Shown in pieces: positions 12,906 through 22,271 of a stretch of DNA of 64,000 nucleotides. How positions within the stretch are numbered: position 1 is the first letter of the stretch; the number at the start of each line of letters is the position of its first letter. The stretch comes from Eledone cirrhosa (Eukaryota). The notes beneath the pieces are model-generated. The model ran no database searches. It worked only from the letters and a program-made list of their open reading frames with translations, and was not told the DNA's origin. Location: positions 99,944,001 to 100,008,000 of the forward strand of contig OZ024746.1 in the NCBI GenBank assembly GCA_964016885.1, read 5' to 3'. The position numbers and the translations under genes were made by a program.

Positions 12906-13473
12906 AAAATTACTCTACCTAATCACGTGACTGTCATCAACCAACAAAATTACTCTACCTAATCACGTGACTGTCATCAACCAACAAAATTACTCTACCT
13001 AATCACGTGACTGTCATCAACCAACAAAATTACTCTACCTAATCACGTGACTGTCATCAATCAACAAAATTACTCTACCTAATCACGTGACTGTCATCAA
13101 CCAACAAAATTACTCTACCTAATCACGTGACTGTCATCAACCAACAAAATTACTCTACCTAATCACGTGACTGTCATCAACCAACAAAATTACTCTACCT
13201 AATCACGTGACTGTCATCAACCAACAAAATTACTCTACCTAATCACGTGACTGTCATCAACCAACAAAATTACTCTACCTAATCACGTGACTGTCATCAA
13301 CCAACAAAATTACTCTACCTAATCACGTGACTGTCATCAACCAACAAAATTACTCTACCTAATCACGTGACTGTCATCAACCAACAAAATTACTCTACCT
13401 AATCACGTGACTGTCATCAACCAACAAAATTACTCTACCTAATCACGTGACTGTCATCAACCAACAAAATTAC
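12906..13473. repeat. 40-bp minisatellite x14 (AAAATTACTCTACCTAATCACGTGACTGTCATCAACCAAC)
   Basis: Near-perfect period of 40; one substitution seen at 13061. Confidence 0.97.
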
Positions 13474-13639
13474 ATTATAGTAATCTGAACCACTTTTTTT
13501 GTTTAAAACAGAAAGAATCTTTGAACTCCAGTTAGATGCAAGGCACACCACAACACAAACCCTCCATCTCAATTTTACTTTGGATAATCATAAGAACTGT
13601 GAAACTGGTAAAGTAAATAAATATTCTTAAAAGACTCCA

Positions 13640-13945
13640 GTTCCATCTTCCACGCTATCATGGGTTGGACGGATTTGTCCCACTTGAGGCAAGATTTGTC
13701 GGGTGACCGTGTCTCACTCATATAGAACTGTTTCTGGCAGGTTTTCTATGGCTGGATGCCCTTCCTAACACCAACCACATTTACAGTGTGGAACAGGAGC
13801 CTTTTTACCATGTCTCTTACACGACCACTTTACAGTGTGGACTGGGTGTTGTGACACCTACACGACCACTTTACAGTGGACGGAAATGGGAGGCTGGAGT
13901 AGGGGTGTGGTGGGGTGTATATTGGGTTAAGAGGTGCCTACTATA
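13640..13945 (-). mobile_element. RTE 3' UTR fragment
   Basis: Collinear with 16885-17245 (GGATGCCCTTCCTAACACCAACC...GGTTAAGAGGTGCCTA). Confidence 0.78.
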
Positions 13946-14628
13946 TATATGCTAGAGTGAACACCTTAATTCTATTTTCAGCCAATAGCAGAGCAAGGGA
14001 GCACTGTCTTGATAACGACCAGAGTCAGAAATAACGTTGTTGTCAGTTACCTGCCCTTAGCTTCTGCTGAAATCTGCTAGATGGTGCTACAGCATCAGTT
14101 TTTAAATTAATAGCTGAAGGCTTTCAAAATGTTTATTTGTAAACATACCATAGATCACTAGATATAAAAATATGCATATTTATATGTATACCGCTATATT
14201 TGAGTGAACACCTTAGTGTATGTATTATATATATATATATGTGTATATATATATTTATTAAAATAACAGATTAAAGTTTAAGCAAAGAATCGCAGCTTTC
14301 ACCCTTAACGGGATCTTCTGAAACTAAAAAAATCAATCGAAAAATGTTGCAACCAAAGGAAAACAGGAAGACGATACTTTGGTTCGTGAAGACGTTCCCT
14401 GGCAATGAACAGAAAAAAGCGAAGATAATACGTCATTATGTGGATCGATGAGAACAATTACATGCAAAGACAAAACCACATTTATGGTATAAATGAAGTC
14501 GTAGACTAATATTCTATTTAGGTAGTTCGTGGAGACATTCCCTGGCATATATATATACATACGAGGAAAGAATCTGAAATAAAAATCAATAAGTGGGGGG
14601 GGGGGGGCATTATGAGACCCGGGAGTAT

Positions 14629-14800
14629 ATATCATCATCCTCGTCATCATTACTGTTTAATGTGCATTTTTATCCACTAGCATGGGTTAGACGAGTTGTC
14701 CTGTTGTGAGACAAGTCAGGTTTAGCTTCTACAACTGGATGCCCTTCCTAACGTCAACCATATTTACAGTGTAGACTAGATGTTTTTTCTCATGTGTTTA
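14629..14800 (-). mobile_element. RTE 3' UTR fragment with ATC-repeat tail
   Basis: ATCATCATC...TAGCATGGGTTAGACG...GGATGCCCTTCCTAACG. Confidence 0.7.
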
Positions 14801-14889
14801 TTGGAGGAGGGGTTGATTGGAAAAAATCTAAAAAATTAATAAATGGTGGCTGGCTGGATGTTGCTTATTCGAGACCCAAGACTAACTTG

Positions 14890-15110
14890 TGATGCTAAAC
14901 TCCGTCAGTTGCAGACTGCGCATAAACATGTGATATCTCTTTCCACAAAGTTTGATCACCAGCAGCAGAGTTCAAAAAGCAAAGATCAAGTCCAGTCCAT
15001 AAGTTGACATTGTCAAGCCATCGTTTTGGCTGCCGGCCTCTGCTTCTCTTACCAGCCAACCTTCCTTCCAGGCATAACCTACTCACACCACAAGTTGATC
15101 TTTTTATATG
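14890..15110 (-). mobile_element. Decayed RTE (BovB-like) ORF2 C-terminal fragment
   Basis: LEGRLAGKRSRGRQPKRWLDNV motif. Confidence 0.65.
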
Positions 15111-15160
15111 ATCATAAGTAAGTAACTATTAGAATTTGAAATAAAAGATTGAAATCTTAC

Positions 15161-15293
15161 GTTTGATCATTTGAAAGGAATGAGTTCATCTTGGCAATTA
15201 CCCATTCAAATAGTCGAGTATATAAAGATTTGGCAAATGCATCTCTTTGTTCTTCAGCTTGCTTCTTGGATTTAACGATTTCCAATTCCTCAA
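15161..15293 (-). CDS. Myosin motor domain exon C (VEELEIVKSKKQAEEQRDAFAKSLYTRLFEWVIAKMNSFLSNDQ)
   Basis: ctctctag| acceptor and |gtaaga donor; 133 bp, phase 1 to 2; canonical RDAxAKxLYxRLFxW helix. Confidence 0.95.
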
Positions 15294-15374
15294 CTAGAGA
15301 GAAAATTTAGAAAAACAGATGGAATTATTGTACCTAATCACATTTTTATTTCCAAAATATTACAATACAATTGT

Positions 15375-16642
15375 GTTTAGCATTTAAACTGGCTATATCC
15401 AGTCAGAATTCTGTCACCTCTTTCTGTTCAAACCGGCCGTAACTGGCCACTCATACTTATGTTAAGGTATTGTTCTCAAAATAAATAATATCAAAATCCC
15501 ATAGATTTGACATTATGTGTGGTAATAATTTGAGGTAAAACCTTTACCTAAATGTAAATGTTATGTGAGATATTATGTGAGGTAAAGCATTTACTGTGAA
15601 AATACAATAGTATATATATAGAGTAATGTAAATGTTATGTGAGGTAAAACCTTTACTGTGAAAATATAATAGTATATACAGAGTAATGTAAATCTTATGT
15701 GAGATATTATGTAAGGTAAAGCCTTTACTGTGAAAATACAATAGTATATATAGAGTAATGTAAATGTTATGTGAGATATTATGTGAGGTAAAGCCTTGAC
15801 TGTGAAAATACAATAGTATATATAGAGTAATGTAAATGTTATGTGAGATATTATGTAAGGTAAAGCCTTTACTGTGAAAATACAATAGTATATATAGAGT
15901 AATGTAAATGTTATGTGAGATATTATGTGAGGTAAAGCCTTTCATGTGAAAATACAATAGTATATATAGAGTAATGTAAATGTTTTATGAGATATTATGT
16001 GAGGTAAAGCCTTTACTGTGACAATACAATAGTATATATAGAGTAATGTAAATGTTATGTGAGATATTATGTGAGGTAAAGCCTTTACTGTGAAAATACA
16101 ATAGTATATATAGAGTAATTTAAATGTTATGTGAGATATTATGTGAGGTAAAGCCTTTACTGTGAAAATACAATAGTATATATAGAGTAATGTAAATGTT
16201 ATGTGAGATATTATGTGGGATAAAGCCTTTACTGTGAAAATACAATAGTATATATAGAGTAATGTAAATGTTATGTGAGATATTATGTGAGGTAAAGCCT
16301 TTACTGTGACAATACAATAGTATATATAGAGTAATGTAAATGTTATGTGAGATATTATGTGAGGTAAAGCCTTGACTGTGAAAATACAATAGTATATATA
16401 GAGTAATGTAAATGTTATGTGAGATATTATGTAAGGTAAAGCCTTTACTGTGAAAATACAATAGTATATATAGAGTAATTTAAATGTTATGTGAGATATT
16501 ATGTGAGGTAAAGCCTTTACTGTGAAAATACAATAGTATATATAGAGTAATGTAAATGTTATGTGAGATATTATGTGAGGTAAAGCCTTTACTGTGAAAA
16601 TACAATAGCATATATAGAGTAATGTAAATGTTAAAGGGTTAA
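15375..16642 (+). mobile_element. piggyBac-like MITE expanded by an internal tandem array
   Basis: Starts TTTAGCATTTAAAC, has the MITE body, ends AATGTTAAAGGG-TTAA. Confidence 0.8.
15551..16632. repeat. 72-bp tandem repeat, ~15 copies, derived from the MITE subterminal region
   Basis: Unit TTATGTGAGATATTATGTGAGGTAAAGCCTTTACTGTGAAAATACAATAGTATATATAGAGTAATGTAAATG; the ORF track shows a 24-aa period. Confidence 0.95.
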
Positions 16643-16869
16643 TGATATAAGGAGATGGTTGCTGTTAGAGATAATTTATCAATGAATACATCTTTTGTGC
16701 AAGAGGATGCAATTTTAACATAACAATGAACAAGAGGACCTTTATGTCTTAGTGTACTAACTAAGATTAGTACATATTCTAGTATGATTGATTTGTTTTG
16801 TTTTCTCTGTTCTTATTAATATATATACTCACACACACATATATATACACGCATGCAGACACACATATA

Positions 16870-18619
16870 TCATCATCCTCATTTAACGTCCACTTTCCAC
16901 GCTAGCATGGGTTAGACGGGAGTTGTCCCACTTGAGGCATAGTTGGTCGGGTGACCATGTCTCGTTCATATAGGACTATCTGGCAGGTTTTCTACAGCTG
17001 GATGCCCTTCCTAACACCAACCACATTTACAGTGTGGAACTGGGAACTTTTTACCATGTTACCTACATGGCCACATTACAGCGTGGACTGTGTGTGTTTT
17101 TCTCGTGACACCTACACGATCTCGATCTCATTTATCTCATTTATTTGGACTGGATGTTGTGGTACCAACTTTATAGAGGTGTTGGTGGGAGTGGGAAGAT
17201 AGGGTAGGGGTAGTGGATTGGGGCGTATATTTGGTTAAGAGGTGCCTAGTGACTGTAGGTTTCGCTTTGTACATAGGCAAGGCGGGTCTTCTGTATTACT
17301 GCGTAGCGCCAAAGATCTCGGTCCAGTGACATTGTCTTAGAGAGGTGCAAGTGTGTAAGGTCGGAATTTATCAGATCATCCCAGGTTTTTCTGGGTCTAC
17401 CTACTCCGTAACTACTATCAATTTTGATTGCCCTGCACTTTTTTATACAGCTGTCGAGCATCACGTGGCCATACCAACGTAGTCTTCTCTCGAGTAAACA
17501 GCATCTGATCCCTCTTATTCCTAATTTCTCACTTAGTTTATTTATGCTTTGCCATTCATGTATATTACTATTACACATCCAACGGAGCATGCATGCTTGA
17601 TTCCTTTCCAGTCTACGCAGGTCCTCTGCATGCAATGCCCATGTCTCACTTCCATGTAGCATTGCTGTTCGTATACAGGCATCATACAATCTGCCTTTCA
17701 TTTTTAGAGAGAAACCTTTTGTGGCGAACAACGGTATAAGCTCTCTGAACTTTTTCCATCCCGTTCTGACTCTGGCTACTGTACTTTCAGAACACCCTCC
17801 ACCACTGCTGATTTTGTCACCCAGGTAACGGAAAGTGTCTACTATTTCTATAGAACCATCTGGGCAATAGAAGGGGCTAGTATCCTGTGGACACTTGCTA
17901 CCTATTGCACCTGAGCATCAGCCACATATAAAGTCTACGTTCTTAGATAGTTTACCTGTGATCCCACTACATCTTTTATGTACCCATACTTTGCATTTGG
18001 GACATAAAATTGAATTTCTGCCTACTCCTTTCCTACACACTGAGCAAGGCCATTTCCCTGGGGGTACCTGTGCCTTATTTTCCTTTCTACAAACTAGGAC
18101 TTTAGTCTTAGACAAGTTAACTTTAAGGCCTTTTGATTCTAGGCCATGCTTCCATGTTTGGAATTTCTTTTCTAGTTCAGCCATTGATTCAGCTATGAGT
18201 GTTAGATCATCTGTGTATAGGAGTTCCCATGGCAGCCGGTCATGAACTCCTCTGTTATAGCCTGAAGGGCAATAATAAATAGTAGGGGGATAAGAACGGA
18301 GCCCTGATGAACACCAACTTTTACGCTAAAGTCTTCACTATATTCGTTGTTAATTCTAACCTTGCTGATTGTTTCTTTATACATGGCTTGTATAGCTCTC
18401 ACAAGCCATTCATCTACACCTAGTTTTCTAAGAGCCCACCAGATAATGGAGCGGGGGACTCTGTCAAAGGCTTTTTCCAGGTCTACAAAAGCTAAGTAGA
18501 GGGGTTTACTTTTAGCTAGGTACTTCTCTCGTAGTTGTCATACAAGGAAAAGAGTGTCTGTGGTACTTTTACCTGACACTAACCCAAACTGCATTTCATC
18601 TAGATCAATTCGCTCTCTG
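16870..18619 (-). mobile_element. 5'-truncated, frameshifted RTE-clade LINE (copy 1): RT, PHD-like finger, C-terminus, 3' UTR
   Basis: GVHQGSVL, LHGSETW and RRLRWYGHV motifs; several frameshifts; ATC tail at 16870. Confidence 0.92.
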
Positions 18620-18741
18620 TTTAGGCAACCACGTCACCTTTTTGTTCAACACTGACACAGGAACGATGTACTAGTTTCAAGATTATTAGCTATCGTTCCT
18701 GTGTCAGTGTTGAACAAAAAGGTGACGTGGTTGCCTAAACA
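18618..18741. repeat. Perfect 50-bp inverted repeat with 24-nt spacer
   Basis: 18618-18667 is the reverse complement of 18692-18741. Confidence 0.92.
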
Positions 18742-18911
18742 CTGTACGGCGTAATTCGGGCTGTTTGTTTGTTTACAAACAAACAAACCGAGCATTATAA
18801 TAAATGTTCGGTAAACGGATACGTGCATATATATATATGTGCATGTATGTATATATATACATACTACTGTATGTCTGTATACATATACGTATGTATGTAT
18901 ACATACATACT

Positions 18912-18943
<32 letters not shown>

Positions 18944-18948
<5 letters not shown>

Positions 18949-19160
18949 CAAGAAAGAAGAGTGACATGGTTTGCTATACAATAAGGGCTTTATTCTCATT
19001 GCTGACAATTGTTTCCCTGAACTGGTAGGTCTAGAGATCGCTACCTGCAAAAACAGAGGGGTAGTGATCTCTAGACCTACCAGTTCAGACAACCAATTGT
19101 CAGCAATGTGAATAAAGCCCTTATTGTATAGCAAACCAGTCACTCTTCTTTCTTGATTTA
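18944..19160. repeat. ~100-bp-arm imperfect inverted repeat (foldback)
   Basis: TAAATCAAGAAAGAAGAGTGAC...CTACC / short loop / GGTAG...GTCACTCTTCTTTCTTGATTTA. Confidence 0.92.
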
Positions 19161-19390
19161 TTATTACTCCAAGTGTAAACTACATAGAAATCACCGTGTA
19201 CTCGCAGCATCACTATGGAAACGCCTTGTTGAGTCAAACTTAGCCAAGCATTAATACTATCCACTACTCGGAGTACCCTAACTGGACTACATCTAAGTGG
19301 ACTACCTATAACAATAAATTGTTATCCCGTATATATATATATATATATAAATATGTATATATATATATATATGTGTGTGTGTGTATATAT

Positions 19391-21358
19391 ATCATCATCA
19401 TCATCATCATCAACGTTTAACGTCCATGTTCCACGCTTGCATGGGTTTGGACGGGGGTTTTCCCACTTGAGGCAAGAGTGATTGTCTTGCTCGCATAGGA
19501 CTGTCTGGCGGGTTTTCTACAGTTGGATGCCCTTCCTAACACCAACCACATTTACAGTGTGGGGCTGGGAGGTTTTTACCGTGTTGCCTACACAGCCACA
19601 TTACAGCGTGGACTGTGTGTTTTTTTGTCGTGACACCTACACGATCTCATTTGTTTCGGCCTGGATGGTGTGGCACCAACATAACTTTACATAGAAGGGG
19701 GCGGTGTGGATGGGGTGGGGGTGGTGGGACGGGGGTGTATTTTGTTAGAGATGCCTACTGACTGTAGTAGGTTTTACTTTGTATTTAGGTAAGGCGGGTC
19801 TTCTCTATTACTGAGTACCGCCAAAGGTCTCGGTCCAGTGACATTGTCTTGGTGAGGTGTAAGTGTGTGAGGTCGGAGTTTATCAGCTCGTCCCAGGTTT
19901 TTCTGGGTCTGCCTATTCCGTGGCTACCGTCTATCTTTATTGCCCTGCACTTTGTTATACAGCTATCGTCCTTCATGCGCATCACGTGACCATACCAACG
20001 TAGCCTTCTCTCTAGTAAACAACCTCTGATCCCTCTTATTTCTAATTTTTTCCTTAGTTCGTTTATGCTTTGTCGTTCACGTATATTACTATTACACATC
20101 CAGCGGAGCATGCAAGCTTCGTTTCTCTCTAGTCTGCGTATATCCTCTGCACACAATGCCCAGGTCTCACTGCCATGCAACATTGCTGTTCGTATGCAGG
20201 CATCGTACAGCCTGCCTTTCATTTTTAGGGAGAACCCTTTAGCGGCTAATAGTGGTATAAGCTCTCTGAACTTTTTCCACCCAGTTCTGACTCTAGCTAC
20301 TGTACTTTCAGAGCACCCTCCCCCACTGCTGATTTTGTCACCCAGGTAACGGAAGCTGTCCACTATTTCTATAGAACCCTCTGCGCAGTTGAAAGAGCTA
20401 GTATTTGTGGGCACTTGCTGCTACTTATTGCCCCAGAACACCAGCCACATGTAAAGTCTATGTTCTTAGTTAGCTTACCTGTGATCCCACTACATCTTTT
20501 ATGCACCCAAACTTTGCATTTGGGACACAAAATGGAATTTCTACCTACGCCTTTCCTACACTCTGCGCATGGCCACTTCCTGGAGGGGACCACCGCCTTA
20601 TTTTCTTTCTTACAAACTAGAACTTTAGTCTTAGCCAGGTTAATTTTAAGGCCTTTTGATTCTAGGCCGTGCTTCCATGTTTGGAATTTCTTCTCTAGCT
20701 CGGCCATTGATTCAGCTATGAGCGTTAGATCATCTGCGTATAGGAGTTCCCATGGGCAGCCGGTCTTGAACTCCACTGTTATAGCCTGGAGGGCAATAAT
20801 AAATAGTAGGGGGCTAAGAACAGAGCCCTGATGAACACCAACTTTTACACTAAACTCTTCACTATATTCGTTGTTAATTCTAACCTTGCTGACTGTTTCT
20901 TTATACATGGCTTGTATAGCTCTCACAAGCCATTCATCAACACCTAGTTTTCTAAGAGCCCACCAGCTAATGGAACGGGGGACTCTGTCGAAGGCCTTCT
21001 CCAAGTCGACGAAAGCTAAGTATAGGGGTTTACTTTTAGCTAGGTACTTCTCCTGTAGTTGTCGTACAATGAAAAGAGCGTCTGTGGTACTTTTTCCTGA
21101 CACAAACCCGAACTGCATTTCATCTAGATCAATTCGCTCTCTGATTAGTTGCGCTATTACTTTTTCCGTGACCTTCATGACCTGGTCGATTAATTTAATG
21201 CCTCTATAGTTACTCCTATCTTGGGCATCTCCTTTACCCTTATAACAGTTAACGATAATGCTGCTACGCCAGTCCTTCGGAACAACCCCATTCTGTATGA
21301 CTTGGTTGACTATCCGGGTGACCATGGTGTGTCCCACCGTACCAGATGCCTTCAGCAT
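19391..21358 (-). mobile_element. 5'-truncated RTE-clade LINE (copy 2), RT nearly intact with one frameshift near 20410
   Basis: NYRGIKL, QFGF, FVDLEKAFD, GVHQGSVLSP, LLYADD, YLG and LHGSETW motifs; 3' UTR with (GAT)n tail; (TA)n on both sides. Confidence 0.95.
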
Positions 21359-21366
21359 ATATATAT

Positions 21367-21568
21367 ATGAGGTTGACTAAAAAGTTCTGGGGCTAACTAT
21401 GAAGAAGTTTTGCTAGAGCTGTGAAATCTTGCATGCATTCATTTCAATTCTTATTATTATTAATAATTGCATTGTTTCTTTCGAGGGACTATGTTAAAAA
21501 ATAAACTTCATTTTTTCATTCCATGAGAGTATCTTGGTTAGCTTATGAACTTTCAGCCAACCCTCATT
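21367..21568 (+). mobile_element. Mariner-like MITE
   Basis: TIRs ATGAGGTTGACTAAAAAGTTC / GAACTTTCAGCCAACCCTCAT; homologous to the 11835 copy. Confidence 0.68.
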
Positions 21569-21676
21569 TCACAAGAGCTATCTTTCTTAAATGAAGAAAT
21601 CTATAAATGACAGAATCAACAAGAATAGAATAATGAAATTGAGTAGTTTGGTAATACATACTGCTAGATGGAGTGC

Positions 21677-21735
21677 TTTACTCTTTTACCTGTTCCAGCC
21701 ATCCGGATAAGGCCATGCTGGGGCACCCCCTTGCC
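21677..21735 (-). mobile_element. Probable SINE 3'-end fragment
   Basis: TTTACTCTTTTACCTGTTCCAGCCAT...GGCCATGCTGGGGCACC resembles, from memory, a common octopus SINE tail. Confidence 0.45.
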
Positions 21736-22134
21736 TTTCATAATATTTCTGAAATATTTCTTACTAGAATTATGTATATCTGTGTGTGCGTGTGTGTATG
21801 TGCATATGCATACAATTATATGTAAGAGTGTATAAATATAAACGTGCAAACACTACACACTTACAAAAACACACAATCACAGACATACATTGACACAAAC
21901 ACACACACATACATTGACACAAACACCCACATACACATATACTCACACACAGCATAATCTTTTCACCATCCCCTTCCTTCCTTTTACACACATACACTCA
22001 CACAGGCAGCAGACGTAAAGAGAGAGGAGTAGTATGAGGTAGTCAAACTACTCCTCTCTCTTTACATGTGACAGAATCACAGAAATTTATATATGTAGAC
22101 TTTATTTTTTTTACATGAAAATGAATTTACTGAC

Positions 22135-22206
22135 CTGGTGAAATCAATTTTTTCTTGAGAAGCACGTTTGAAAATTGTTCACTATCTAAGCCCAACAATT
22201 GAGCCA
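22135..22206 (-). CDS. Myosin motor domain exon B (VAQLLGLDSEQFSNVLLKKKLISP)
   Basis: ttgttttag| acceptor and |gtcagt donor; 72 bp, phase 1 to 1; myosin 'VA.LLG.D...L' motif; not in the ORF track. Confidence 0.85.
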
Positions 22207-22271
22207 CTAAAACAAGAAAATGACATTTATTGGATATCTTCATTGCTGTATAAAGTATATTATTAAATCAT

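Noticed and set aside
12906-13473. CRISPR-like regular repeats (also 61221-62390 and 1-4745)
   Set aside because: Head-to-tail units with no unique spacers, no cas genes, and a eukaryotic intronic context.
15544-16461. 137-aa and 113-aa ORFs
   Set aside because: Translations of the 72-bp MITE-derived tandem repeat.
19200-19235. Second hammerhead-like arrangement (ACTC...CAT-CACT-ATG GAAAC...GTT GAGT)
   Set aside because: The CUGANGA core is absent; too degenerate to support.
17895-21209. Plus-strand ORFs overlapping the RTE copies
   Set aside because: Antisense shadows of the reverse transcriptase coding sequence.
22035-22043. let-7-like TGAGGTAGT
   Set aside because: Only 9 nt match and it falls in the hairpin loop region; the rest does not resemble let-7.
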